Source of the DNA: a virus
Taxonomy: Duplodnaviria > Caudoviricetes
Strand: one strand, 5' to 3'
Length of the DNA: 35,031 nucleotides
IMG/VR virus record: IMGVR_UViG_3300013767_000206
Span: 1 to 35,031 of that record
Positions 17,101 to 25,568 of the stretch are shown piece after piece; position 1 is the first letter of the stretch; every line of letters begins with the position of its first letter. The position numbers were made by a program, and so were the translations under genes. Below the pieces are notes generated by a model that saw only the letters and a list, made by a program, of their open reading frames with translations, had not been told where the DNA came from and did not search any database.

Positions 17101-17148
17101 TACTGCACTCAGTAGTACTTCCAGTTTCAGGCTTCGCGTGCCGCTCAT
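14110..17148 (-). CDS. gpT: Tail tape-measure protein
   Basis: 1012 aa helical, AVDRVTGPL start, TP901-type core, KEKLGIHSPSRVF. Confidence 0.95.
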   Translation of the reverse strand: MSGTRSLKLEVLLSAVDRVTGPLKSIMGGSKELTRVVRESKDALKGLEKQQGAIDRMKQLREQSKASSDALAASNKKLDDHRRQLGLTKNEQTAVAAKLKVAQRRYDDLNEALIKFPKLAGNYTSAIAKQKYELEELQKQHTRNVNTMRRAKDAIQLETRRIEENSQKRATLAERIRNTREQLTKAGVQTHQLAAREQELKASVTAATAALEKQQAKLDSLNKRQQRLHAARAGYDKQNAMRGQMAGAGVAMTATGAAIGAPIAKSVRDYVTFEDAMLGIARQVDGARDSSGKLTSVYHDMARQVKQLGRELPIPTNQIAEMVTAGARMEVPRGELIEFTRTVAMMATAFDAVPDEIAESMGKVAKNFKIPVTQIRALADTINYLDDNAISKGGDIIDVLNRISGVVSTVKMTDKAAAALASTLLTLGERPETAATAINAMVQKFAAAEKGTNKFKTSLKEIGLSAGAVQKGMAKDAMGTMFNIIEHIQKLPKDKRIGVMVELVGMEHSDTLAKLVDKPEELKRQLKLANGDAAKGSMEREFSARLETLSARWQMFTNRIFAADSTAGAKLRGELIQIMDTVGSLLDKAEAWMEANPALTASLMKWGAVAAVVVTAMGAITLALAAMLGPLVITRYGFALLGIRILGIGANATEAGSKVSRLSVLFTRIGNAATWIGSKFSTLRGALSSVLGFVGRFGMGLIRIITMTAGVVGRTMWLLSRLLLGTGIGLIITAIAALAYYLWSNWEVIGPKFWGLVDQIKQAFATGWEWIKSMAAATAQFVVSVFMNWSLMGIIYRHWDSIMAFMASLPSRFTQFGLNIMQGLVGGITNGLALVKSTIQGAGESTINWFKEKLGIHSPSRVFAQLGGWTMAGLDQGLANNQGGPLATIAGMAKGLIASASGITLPAPTITAPSSGPLDVVRGMAKQASAALAGLVLSGTAPAESVPIDTRPPVAARAPAAAAPASAGQYTINIYPTPGMDEKQLARLVVAELDKRERQKAARGRSKLTDND

Positions 17149-17264
17149 TCGTCATCTACTCCACTGCGTTGTCTGGCGCGTTCGCGCCATTCCATGAGTT
17201 CGGTGAGGGTGAAGGCGTCCATCGTTTCGGGTGGCCAGTGGAACACCACGGCGATGTCCGCCAT
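17145..17264 (-). CDS. gpE': gpE' segment, reached by -1 frameshift from gene E
   Basis: MADIAVVFHWPPETMDAFTLTELMEWRERA; in frame with a -1 shift at TTTTTTG. Confidence 0.9.
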   Translation of the reverse strand: MADIAVVFHWPPETMDAFTLTELMEWRERARQRSGVDDE

Positions 17265-17272
17265 GGGGTCTT

Positions 17273-17578
17273 CTACTCGGCGGGGAAGGCTGCCGCTTGT
17301 TCCTGCTTCGGCAGCAAAAAACCTACGACCGCGGTGCCCAGTTGCAGCAGATCGGCCGGATCCATGCCCTGGATGTCTTGCTCGGTGAGCTTGGGCTCGG
17401 TGAGGCGTGGCAGCGCGGTGGTGAGGGCGGCGACTTCCATGCGCAGCAGGTCGGTGAGGGCGATGCCGCGCAGGGCGCCGGACTTGGGTTTGCTGACAAC
17501 GATCGACTCAATGAGGATTTCGCCGCGCTTGATCGGGCTGTCGAGGGTGATGGTTTCTTGCATGATGGTTTCTTGCAT
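17273..17578 (-). CDS. gpE: Tail assembly chaperone E
   Basis: TLDSPIKRGE, KPKSGALRG, LPRLTEP, MDPADL. Confidence 0.93.
   Translation of the reverse strand: MQETIMQETITLDSPIKRGEILIESIVVSKPKSGALRGIALTDLLRMEVAALTTALPRLTEPKLTEQDIQGMDPADLLQLGTAVVGFLLPKQEQAAAFPAE
17315..17321 (-). other. Programmed -1 frameshift site (T6G) for E+E'
   Basis: GGT TTT TTG on the minus strand; -1 frame stays open into E', as established for P2. Confidence 0.85.
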
Positions 17579-17634
17579 GGTGGTTTCCTAGCTTGGTGAG
17601 GTGACGGCCAACCGCCAAGGCTGGCCGAATGGGG

Positions 17635-18147
17635 TTAGGCCAGGCCGATGGCGCGGCGGTGTTCGGCCAGGCGATCGATGCCGCCGAATTTCTCGACCAT
17701 GCCAAGCACGTCGATTTCGACCAGCTCTTCTCCGTTGACGGTGAGCCGGTAGTAAACGAGCGAGGCTTTGACCTTGAATTCGGTGTCGTCGCCGGCTTTG
17801 GCGCCGCCCGGGTCGACCTCGGCGTAGCGGCCACGCATGACGACCTCGGCGGCGACGATTTCACCGGTGTCGTCATCCTGATAGGAGCCGGCAAAGCGCA
17901 TCAGGGTGCCGCCGGCCTTGGCCGATCCGAAGCTGCGGTACACATCCAGCATCAGGCCGCCGAAGGTGAGTTCGGCTTCGAGCTTTTCGAGGCCAAGGTC
18001 GACGTCGACTTCGGCGCCCATGCCACCGCCGCGATAGGCCTCCATCTTGCGAGCCAGCTTCGGCAGACTGATTTCCTTCACCTCACCGCGCCAGTCGTTG
18101 CCTTCGCCGTATACGTTGAAATGCTTGAGCTTGCGGGGCATGCCCAT
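17635..18147 (-). CDS. gpFII: Major tail tube protein
   Basis: PRKLKHFN, LPKLARKMEAYRGGGM. Confidence 0.95.
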   Translation of the reverse strand: MGMPRKLKHFNVYGEGNDWRGEVKEISLPKLARKMEAYRGGGMGAEVDVDLGLEKLEAELTFGGLMLDVYRSFGSAKAGGTLMRFAGSYQDDDTGEIVAAEVVMRGRYAEVDPGGAKAGDDTEFKVKASLVYYRLTVNGEELVEIDVLGMVEKFGGIDRLAEHRRAIGLA

Positions 18148-18191
18148 GGGGTTGTCCTTTCAGTGCTGGCCGGCGGTGCGCCGGCCGGTGA

Positions 18192-19367
18192 TCAGCGGGC
18201 GACGGCCTTGGCGAAGTCGACGAGGTAGCTATCGGTGATTTGCTGGATGAAGCCGAGGTCTTCGAGCGGGGGCACGGGGGTGTAGTCGTAGCTGATGCGT
18301 AGCTTGCCGGCCTTGATGCTCTCTTTCGGGTTCAGCTCTTCGTCGAGCCAGGCACTGGCGCCGAGTAGATAGCCGCCGCGTACCAGTTCGGCCAACTTGG
18401 CACGGACGCCTTCGAGGATGTCGCGGGCGCCGGAGGGGTTGTTCAATCCGTCGACCGCCCACAGGTGGCCCAGCGCGATGGAGTCGGCCAGCACCTGGGC
18501 GGTGCGGGTGTAGGACTCGAATGCGAACTGCGGGTCATCGGTGCAGGTGCGCGAGCCCCAGAAGCGATAGCCGTTTTCGTGCACCAGGGTAGTGACGTCC
18601 CGGCTGTTGAGGTAATCGGCGTCAGTGCCCGTTTCCTGCGGGTCGAAGTAGGCATCGTGGCTGATGCCGGTGACGCCGTTGACCGGCACGTTGGACAGGG
18701 TCTTGTGCCAGCCGACGTCGTTATCAATCTTGGCGCGCAGGCCCAGTGCTCGAGCGGTGGTGTAGGCATTTTTCTCGGCGTTGGCGGTGGTATCCCAGCT
18801 GATGAAATCGGGGAAGATGACCATGGCTTCGCGGGCGCCGAAGTTCTCGCGGTAGGCGACAGCTTCTTCCTTGCTGGTGGCGCCGAACGCGGACAGGTAG
18901 GCGAAGCCGCGCAGCTTCTGCGCCATGGCAATCAGCTCAGTGGCCACTGGCAGGCTGTCGAGTCCTGGTACACCCAAGATGCGAGGCTTGACCTTGAGGC
19001 GTGTCGGTGCGGCGAGTAGCGCCTTCATGCCGGTAAAGCGACCGCTGGCATCTGCGCCACCGATGATGTTGCTGATAGTCTGTTCCGGCGTGGCCCCTTC
19101 GGCGACGCGCACGATAACGGTGGCCGGACTGGCCTGGTCGCCGATGGCATCGAGCGAGCGGGCGAGGGTGCCTTTGTCGCCGGCCTTGCCGGCCGCACTT
19201 TGCACGTTGGTGACGAGCACCGGCGTATTGAGCGGGAACGCGGCGGCGTCGGCATCGTCAGCGGTGCACACCATGCCGATTACGGCGGTGTCGACGGTGC
19301 GGATCGGCCGGGTGCCGTCGCTGACCTCCTGCACGCGCACGCCGTGGTGGTACTGGTCTAGAGCCAT
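18192..19367 (-). CDS. gpFI: Tail sheath protein
   Basis: YHHGVRV, KPRILGVPGLD, GWHKTLSNV, GYRFWGSRT, YDYTPVPPLE. Confidence 0.96.
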   Translation of the reverse strand: MALDQYHHGVRVQEVSDGTRPIRTVDTAVIGMVCTADDADAAAFPLNTPVLVTNVQSAAGKAGDKGTLARSLDAIGDQASPATVIVRVAEGATPEQTISNIIGGADASGRFTGMKALLAAPTRLKVKPRILGVPGLDSLPVATELIAMAQKLRGFAYLSAFGATSKEEAVAYRENFGAREAMVIFPDFISWDTTANAEKNAYTTARALGLRAKIDNDVGWHKTLSNVPVNGVTGISHDAYFDPQETGTDADYLNSRDVTTLVHENGYRFWGSRTCTDDPQFAFESYTRTAQVLADSIALGHLWAVDGLNNPSGARDILEGVRAKLAELVRGGYLLGASAWLDEELNPKESIKAGKLRISYDYTPVPPLEDLGFIQQITDSYLVDFAKAVAR

Positions 19368-19439
19368 GCCCTGATCTCCGGGTGATTAGAATGCAGAGCA
19401 GAGCATGACGCGGCGCGCGAGCTGGCGCCGCTCGTGCTT

Positions 19440-19462
19440 GTTGTGCGGGTTGGCGCCACAAC
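19440..19462. promoter_or_regulatory. Ogr-type late promoter inverted repeat (FI operon)
   Basis: GTTGTG-cgggttggcgc-CACAAC; related copies upstream of V and between O and P. Confidence 0.78.
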
Positions 19463-19504
19463 CTCGCAGGCACTATCACGGAGTAAACAGCCCGAGCCTT
19501 GCCT

Positions 19505-19924
19505 ATGGACACCCCCTCTACCGTCCTCCCCATCGATGTCCTGGGGGCGGTAGACGAAGCCGATATGCGGTTGGTGTGTGACGCTGTCGTGAGCAAGGCC
19601 GGAGAAATGTTTACCGGTGCGTTTCAGGGGGAGAGGGAGGTGGTGGCGCGTGAGTGCCTGGCGCTGCTGCAGCAGATGACCCAACAGGAGGCGCGGCGAC
19701 AGGCCGCACTAGCGCGTCTGACCGAACGCGAGCGTGATGTTGCCAGCCTGCTGGAATGCGGGCTGACCAATGCCGGCATTGCGGCAGCGCTGGGAGTGAC
19801 AGTGCGGACAGTTCGGGCGCATGTAGCGGCGATGCTGGACAAGCTGGGGTGCTCGACGCGCACGGCGCTGTTGGTGGTGATACTGGGTCGGGATATTGGC
19901 TTTTCGGCCAATATTGCTGAATGA
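19505..19924 (+). CDS. LuxR/GerE-type HTH regulator with short N-terminal domain
   Basis: LTERERDVASLLECGLTNAGIAAALGVTVRTVRAHVAAMLDKLG..TR. Confidence 0.85.
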   Translation: MDTPSTVLPIDVLGAVDEADMRLVCDAVVSKAGEMFTGAFQGEREVVARECLALLQQMTQQEARRQAALARLTERERDVASLLECGLTNAGIAAALGVTVRTVRAHVAAMLDKLGCSTRTALLVVILGRDIGFSANIAE

Positions 19925-19972
19925 CGTAACGATGGAAAATACGCTTACGTCATCAACAAAAATCACTAGATC

Positions 19973-20179
19973 ATGAAAACCAGATCAGATGCTACCCGAT
20001 TGAACCCCCTCATTGGCCATTGCCCGGCCGACACCCTGGAAAATTTGTGCACCTGCCTGACGGGCATGGGCTCTGCCTTGGCCAGCTTCCACGAAGACCC
20101 GACGCTGAAGTTTTTTATGTCGTCTGTGTCGTCTGCACTGCAGTTCGAGGTCACACAGTTGGCGCCGTCGGCGCCGTAG
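19973..20179 (+). CDS. Hypothetical protein (68 aa)
   Basis: Fills the gap between the LuxR gene and a terminator; weak RBS. Confidence 0.5.
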   Translation: MKTRSDATRLNPLIGHCPADTLENLCTCLTGMGSALASFHEDPTLKFFMSSVSSALQFEVTQLAPSAP

Positions 20180-20201
20180 CGCAAGGTTGGCCGAACGAAA
20201 C

Positions 20202-20226
20202 AAGCCCCGCGAGTGCGGGGCTTTTT
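20202..20226 (+). terminator. Rho-independent terminator, possibly bidirectional
   Basis: AAGCCCCGC-gagt-GCGGGGCTT-TTT between convergent genes. Confidence 0.8.
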
Positions 20227-20240
20227 CTATTGGTGGGCGG

Positions 20241-20951
20241 TCAGTGCCAGGGCTGGGCGAGGATGGCGTCGATTTGCTCGACGGTGTCGGTGGCGTCGAT
20301 GGCGGTTTTGCGCTCGCGCGCTGTGGCGTGCAGGGCGGCGGCGTAGCTGGCCAAGGCGACCGGCATGCCGAGCAGGCCGTCAGCGTCGAGCAGCACCAGG
20401 CTGTTGTCGGCGGCGGCCCATTCTATTTCGAGTGGCTGGGCGCCGGCCTTGGCCGACTGCGCAGCGAGCGCGGCCGAGGTGATGCGCTGGACGCTGCGCG
20501 GGTCGCTGTCGAACACCTTGCCGCGATATGGGAAGCCGGCGGCTTCCAGCCTGTCGCGTTCGGCGGTGATGGCCAACGAGGCGGCAGCCTTGTCGTCCCG
20601 CAGCTGGGCGGCGGCATCGAGCAGCCACTCGCCGGCCTGCCAGTGGTGATAGCTGGACGGGCGCGGCTGTTCGGTGGCGCCGATGTCGGCTGGCACCTGT
20701 CCGATGCTGGTGATGTTAAGCGGTGCGCCGTCGGCGATGGCAAACAGCGGCACGCCGCGCCAGTCCGGGCGGACGGACCACTCGCCGGCATGGAACACGG
20801 CGGCCTCATGCACGACGGCGGCCGGCGGCTCCACGTCGGTGGCGTGCGCCGGGATGAGCCAGACGTCCTGTTCGGCCGGCGACGGGTCGGCCTGGCCAGC
20901 GCCGAGAAGCTCGCCCGTTGCCGGGTGGTAGTGGTAGATGATCGGAAGCAT
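20241..20951 (-). CDS. Tail fibre assembly protein (with DUF4376-like C-terminus)
   Basis: YHYHPATGELLG..ADPSP...WLIPAHAT, PDWRG, FDSDPRS, WAAADN. Confidence 0.85.
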   Translation of the reverse strand: MLPIIYHYHPATGELLGAGQADPSPAEQDVWLIPAHATDVEPPAAVVHEAAVFHAGEWSVRPDWRGVPLFAIADGAPLNITSIGQVPADIGATEQPRPSSYHHWQAGEWLLDAAAQLRDDKAAASLAITAERDRLEAAGFPYRGKVFDSDPRSVQRITSAALAAQSAKAGAQPLEIEWAAADNSLVLLDADGLLGMPVALASYAAALHATARERKTAIDATDTVEQIDAILAQPWH

Positions 20952-20960
20952 GGCGAGTCC

Positions 20961-22994
20961 TTAGAGTTTGATGCAGGCGAGCAGGGCGATGTTACGGGGG
21001 CGGTTTTCTGCGGCGGTGCGCGCCACGATGGCGTTGTCGTAGTTGACAGTAAAAGTGGTGCTTTGCGTACCGGACGAGACATTGCTGACGACACCAGTCG
21101 CCACAAGGGAGAAGGCGCCGGCTGCGCTGCTCTGCGCCACAAACGGGATATAACCAACAGTACCTTGGACACGCTGTTGCGCATCGGACTGAAAGCTACC
21201 GATGCCACGGCCACTATCTACCCCACGCCCATCATCCCAACCCCGCATGAACTCGCCGCGCAGGTCTGGCAGGTTGAAGGTAGTTGAGCCGTCACCGGCC
21301 CCATAAGTAGTGCCGATAGCGGCGAACAAGGCAGGGTAGGCGGTACGGCTGACGGCTGCGCCGTTGGCCTTTATCCAGCCTGCCGGGGCGGCGCTTTGCG
21401 CAAAGAATGCGACCTGACCCGTGCCGACCGCCTGCTGCACAAAGGCGGTGGTGGCCAACTGGGTGGTGTTGGTCCCGGCGATGGCGGTCGGCGCAGTAGG
21501 GGTAACGGAAAGCTGCAAGCCCGATGTATTGAACCGCGCAACCTCGACACCGTTGCACGTCACGCCAAACACCCCATCAGAAATGTGCCAAAACCCGGTG
21601 TCGGGGGCGCCATCGTTGGCAAAGGTGATGCCAGGGGCCGTCTGCGTCCCTTCCGGCACTGTGACGCGTCCGGTAAAAGTCGGGCTGGCCAGCGGTGCCT
21701 TGGCCGCCAGTGCATTGGTCATGGTGACGGCAAAGCTCGGGTCGTTGCCCAGCGCGTCGGCCAACTCTTTGAGCGTGTCGAGCGCGGCCGGCGACGAAGC
21801 GACCAAGGCGGCGATGGCGGCTTGCACAAACGCAGTGTTGGCCAGCTGGGTGTTGTTGGTGCCGACGGCGGCGGTCGGCGCGGTCGGTGTGCCGGTGAGA
21901 ACCGGTGACGTCAGGTCCAGTTCAGTCAGCAATCTGGAACCAGCGTTGCTCGTTTTATCTGCAATGCTGACGTAGACCCCCTTGTTTGTTCCGCCCGCAT
22001 CGAAGATACGAAATCTGTCACCAAGAAGGTCAACCGTCAGGTCACCCGTCAAGGGTGTACCACTTACCGGCTTTTCCAGGCGAAACTCGCCGCCTTCGGC
22101 GCCGCCGCTAGCTGCAAACAGCGTGCTGTTGGCAACCTTGCTGAACGTGGCTGTGCCACTAAACGACGGCGACGCCAGCGGCGCGCGGGTAATGTCTGTC
22201 GGGTGGACGTGGTTCTCGCGCGCCAGTTTGGTCGAGGCGCCGACCGCCGCCGTGCCATCCATCAACGGCGCTGCGGTGGCGAGGTCGCCGGCGATCTCCT
22301 GCTGCACGAAAGCGGTGGTTGCCAGCTGGGTTGTGCTCGCGCCGGCAGCCGCAGTCGGCGCGGTCGGGTTTCCTGTCAGGACCGGCGATGCCAGCGGTGC
22401 CTTGGCCGCCAGCGCGTTGGTCATGGTAGTAGCGAAGTTCGGGTCGTTTCCGAGCGCTGTCGCCAGTTCTTGCAACGTATCAAGCGCAGCCGGCGAGGAT
22501 GCGACCAGGGCGGCAATGGCGGCTTGCACGAACGCGGTATTCGCTAGCTGGGTGGTGTTGGTACTGACGGCGGCAGTCGGTGCTGTCGGGGTGCCGGTGA
22601 GCGCCGGACTGGCCGGCAGGTCGGCAGACTGCAACGCGCGGCCGGATACGACCCGGCCCTTGGCATCGGTGGTAACGACTGGGTAGGTGCCGGCAGTACC
22701 GACACTGGCCAAGGTCAGCGCGGCGGTGACGTTGGCCGAACCGTCGAGGGTGACGCTCCAGTTCGCGTCGCCGCTGATACTGATGGATCGGGCGGTTTTC
22801 CACTTCGCGGCGGTGCCGATGTTGAGCGCGCCACTGACCGCGTCGTCGATCTGCTTTTTCAGGAATGCGGTGCGGTTGGCGAGCTGCTGGGCCTGGCGGT
22901 TGGCGATGCCGGTGGGGCCGCCTTCAACCGGGTCGGTTTTCTCGATCTGGTAGACCCCGTCTTCCCAGCTGGCGAGTTCGGTGATGTTGGCCAC
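20961..22994 (-). CDS. gpH: Tail fibre protein with internal repeats and C-terminal collar domain
   Basis: WEDGVYQIEKTDPVEGG, LANRT, PTAPTA/TQLA repeats, GWIKANGAAVSRTAYPALF...FNLPDLRGEF; GTG 22994 after GGAG (alternative ATG 23009). Confidence 0.92.
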   Translation of the reverse strand: MANITELASWEDGVYQIEKTDPVEGGPTGIANRQAQQLANRTAFLKKQIDDAVSGALNIGTAAKWKTARSISISGDANWSVTLDGSANVTAALTLASVGTAGTYPVVTTDAKGRVVSGRALQSADLPASPALTGTPTAPTAAVSTNTTQLANTAFVQAAIAALVASSPAALDTLQELATALGNDPNFATTMTNALAAKAPLASPVLTGNPTAPTAAAGASTTQLATTAFVQQEIAGDLATAAPLMDGTAAVGASTKLARENHVHPTDITRAPLASPSFSGTATFSKVANSTLFAASGGAEGGEFRLEKPVSGTPLTGDLTVDLLGDRFRIFDAGGTNKGVYVSIADKTSNAGSRLLTELDLTSPVLTGTPTAPTAAVGTNNTQLANTAFVQAAIAALVASSPAALDTLKELADALGNDPSFAVTMTNALAAKAPLASPTFTGRVTVPEGTQTAPGITFANDGAPDTGFWHISDGVFGVTCNGVEVARFNTSGLQLSVTPTAPTAIAGTNTTQLATTAFVQQAVGTGQVAFFAQSAAPAGWIKANGAAVSRTAYPALFAAIGTTYGAGDGSTTFNLPDLRGEFMRGWDDGRGVDSGRGIGSFQSDAQQRVQGTVGYIPFVAQSSAAGAFSLVATGVVSNVSSGTQSTTFTVNYDNAIVARTAAENRPRNIALLACIKL
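21682..22610 (-). repeat. Two ~227-bp diverged direct repeats within the tail fibre gene
   Basis: 21682-21908 and 22384-22610 (offset 702 nt) both encode SPxLTGTPTAPTAAV..QLANTAFVQAAIAALVASSPAALDTL.ELA.ALGNDP.FA.TMTNALAAKAPLASP. Confidence 0.9.
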
Positions 22995-22995
22995 G

Positions 22996-23559
22996 TTAGG
23001 CGACTCCATGGGTGTATGCCGCGTTGTAACGGGCGGCGGCGTTGTAGATGAGCAGGGCTTCGCTGAAGTCGAGCCCCCAGAGCTGGCAGCGCACGGGGGC
23101 GACGTCGTCGAGAATCTGGCGGGCCAGTGCGGCCTGCTTGTTATCGAGCAGCTTGGAGAGCCGGACGCGGTAGACGGCCCAGCCGGTATTGAGGTCGTTG
23201 TAGTTGGGGAAGCCGTCGTAACGAACCGCGCCGTCATAGCGGCGGCCGTGGCGCCCCTCGTCGATCTTCACCTCTCCAAGTCCCAAATCACGGAACACCT
23301 GGCGCACGGCGCTGACGGTGCCCTTGTGCTTGTGCACCTCGATGGCGGACTTGATCAGCGCGCGCTGCTGGGCCTCGGTGGTCGCGGCGTCGAACCGGTC
23401 GACTGCCAGTTCCCAGGCGAGCCACGGCAGGCACTGCGGCGGGCAGCGGTCGGGGTCTTTGAGTGTGCGCAACACGCTCGGGTCGACGTCGATCGCCATG
23501 GCGCTGGCCATCGCGCGCTCGAACCGGGTGCGCCCCGGTGGCAACAGGTCTTTGGTCAT
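22996..23559 (-). CDS. gpI: Tail/baseplate protein I
   Basis: LLPP, CP..CLPWLAWELAVD, HKHKGT. Confidence 0.93.
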   Translation of the reverse strand: MTKDLLPPGRTRFERAMASAMAIDVDPSVLRTLKDPDRCPPQCLPWLAWELAVDRFDAATTEAQQRALIKSAIEVHKHKGTVSAVRQVFRDLGLGEVKIDEGRHGRRYDGAVRYDGFPNYNDLNTGWAVYRVRLSKLLDNKQAALARQILDDVAPVRCQLWGLDFSEALLIYNAAARYNAAYTHGVA

Positions 23560-24464
23560 GGCTTCTGCAGGTCGATGGCGATGCACTGCGGGAACTCGCC
23601 CATGCCGCACACGACGTCTGCGGCTGGACTGGGGATGGTGACGCGACGCACCCCACTGACATGCAGCGCCGAGTCGATGGCCGAGCGAGCGATCAGCCCC
23701 CGGTCTCCCAGGCGGCGGCGAGCAGTAATCATTTTGGCGAGGCGCAGTGTGGCGGCATCGAGGCCACCGCTAATCTGCTCGCCGCCGGTCTCGAACTCGA
23801 TGATGGCGCTGATGGCGAACAGCTTCGGCGTGGCGGCGAGCACCTGGACTGTGTCGCAGAGCGGGCGCACGTCTTCGGCCGACAGGGCGGCGTTGACGGT
23901 GGCGAGTAGCGCCGCGTCCGGTACGCCGAGGCCGCGCCGATCCAGCACGAACACGCCGACGGTGCCCGGCGCGAGGCGCTCGACCTGCACGGCGTCGACG
24001 TCAGCCGAGGCGGTGAGCGCGTGGTATTCGTAGGCGGCGCGCGGCCCTGCGACGGACAGGCTTTCCAGCTTGAGCAGCATGCGATAGCGCAGCCGGTCGT
24101 TGCTTTCCCATACCGCATCAATCGGCGGCATGGCATCGAGGTCGGCCGGCGTGACCAGCAGGCGCCGCACGTTGTAGTTGGCGGCGACCGCGTCGAGGTC
24201 GGCATCTTGGGCAAAGGCCAGGTAGTTGGCCTGGGCGGCTTCGTTGATGCGCGTCCGGATAATCAGCTCGCGGTAGCTGTTTTCGCGCAGTAGTTTGGTG
24301 GCCGGCTCGGATTCCAGTTCGAGCGTGCGGCGCACGGGTTCCTGTTGCTCGGCCGGAAACTGCCCGATGACGGCCGCTTTGCGTGCGGCGAGCAGGCTGT
24401 CGACGCTGACGGTTTCGACAACGTCTGGCGGCGGCAGGTCGGTGAGGTCGATGGGCAAGCTCAT
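23556..24464 (-). CDS. gpJ: Baseplate wedge protein J
   Basis: IDLTDLPPP, LESEP, SVAGPRAAYEYHA, VRPLCD. Confidence 0.95.
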   Translation of the reverse strand: MSLPIDLTDLPPPDVVETVSVDSLLAARKAAVIGQFPAEQQEPVRRTLELESEPATKLLRENSYRELIIRTRINEAAQANYLAFAQDADLDAVAANYNVRRLLVTPADLDAMPPIDAVWESNDRLRYRMLLKLESLSVAGPRAAYEYHALTASADVDAVQVERLAPGTVGVFVLDRRGLGVPDAALLATVNAALSAEDVRPLCDTVQVLAATPKLFAISAIIEFETGGEQISGGLDAATLRLAKMITARRRLGDRGLIARSAIDSALHVSGVRRVTIPSPAADVVCGMGEFPQCIAIDLQKP

Positions 24465-24826
24465 GCGATGGTCCTTCTGGTCAGCGGTACATCGACGGCG
24501 AACGCCTGCCCCGCCTGCGGCCCATCCTTGCGGGCGAGCACGGTTTCAAGCTGCCAGGAGGTGCCCGGCTGTTCGGCCTGTTCGTTGAGCGTGAGGTCAA
24601 CACTGACCGGTGTTAGCCGCGGCTCCCACTGGAGCAGCGCCATCACGCTGGCCGCCATGATTTGCAGGCGCAGGGCTGGCGTCATCGGCTGATCGATCAG
24701 CGCGCGGTTGTACGAACCGTACTGACGCAGGGTGACGAGGCTGCCGATGGGGGTGAGCAGAATGTCGGCCACCGATTGGCGCTCGTGTTCGTCGCCGGTG
24801 AGGGCGCGGCCGGTGGCGGCGTTCAT
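24461..24826 (-). CDS. gpW: Baseplate protein W (gp25-like)
   Basis: MNAATGR, QSVADILLTPIGS, WEPRL. Confidence 0.93.
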   Translation of the reverse strand: MNAATGRALTGDEHERQSVADILLTPIGSLVTLRQYGSYNRALIDQPMTPALRLQIMAASVMALLQWEPRLTPVSVDLTLNEQAEQPGTSWQLETVLARKDGPQAGQAFAVDVPLTRRTIA

Positions 24827-25497
24827 GCCGAGGTACTGGGTCGTTTGATTGGCGCTCCGGTGGTGCCGCCGCTGTCACCCGGGTGGCGGTGCTGGTCGAG
24901 CACCACACCGTTGGACGACAGCGAGCCGCCACGGTGGACGACGTCCCCCTCGATGACGGCACTCGGCCCGCCCTTGCCACCTTTGCCGCTCATGCCTGAC
25001 TGGTAGGCCAGTGGCCCCTGCGCGGTGGTACTGCCGACGATGGTCAGATTGCCGCCGACGGTGAGGTTGCCGGTGGTTTCGGTTTCCGGGCAGTCGACGG
25101 TGACCTTCTCGCTGGCCTGCACGCTAGCGGTTTTGATGCCGGTGACGGTGAGTGTGCTGGTGGCGTGGTTGTAGGTGACGCGGGCGCCGTCCGGGTAGTC
25201 GATGACGTCTTCGTCCGGGTTGTCGCTCGGCGATGGAATTAGGTCGGACGGCAGACCCACTAGCACGATGCCGGCGGCGGTGTCGCCGCTGGGGCTGAAT
25301 ACGATGCATTGCTCGCCCTTGGTGGGCGGGCTCCAGCGGCGGACGCGGCCGGCGCGCAGGCAGAAGCACGTCAGCCAGTCGGTGGTGAGCTGGCCTGATT
25401 GAACGCGCGCGCGCAGCGGCTTCATCTGCATGTCGGCGATGGTGCCGAGGCGGATGAGCGATTCAAGGCGGCGGGCGAGGTCGGGGGATTGGTCCAT
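24823..25497 (-). CDS. gpV: Baseplate spike protein V
   Basis: LIRLGTI, RAG.VR.WSPPT.GEQ, SPSGD, C-terminal HRHPGDSG. Confidence 0.94.
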   Translation of the reverse strand: MDQSPDLARRLESLIRLGTIADMQMKPLRARVQSGQLTTDWLTCFCLRAGRVRRWSPPTKGEQCIVFSPSGDTAAGIVLVGLPSDLIPSPSDNPDEDVIDYPDGARVTYNHATSTLTVTGIKTASVQASEKVTVDCPETETTGNLTVGGNLTIVGSTTAQGPLAYQSGMSGKGGKGGPSAVIEGDVVHRGGSLSSNGVVLDQHRHPGDSGGTTGAPIKRPSTSA

Positions 25498-25541
25498 GGC
25501 GACAGCGTGCCGCGCCATGGCGAGGTGGTCATGCGGTGGCT

Positions 25542-25564
25542 GTTGTGCCGGTTGGCGGCACAAC
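25542..25564. promoter_or_regulatory. Ogr-type late promoter inverted repeat (V operon)
   Basis: GTTGTG-ccggttggcgg-CACAAC. Confidence 0.78.
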
Positions 25565-25568
25565 CCAG

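Noticed and set aside
21682-22610. Diversity-generating retroelement TR/VR pair or invertible tail segment
   Set aside because: Both repeats are in-frame coding, differences are mostly synonymous rather than adenine-specific, and no RT or invertase is present
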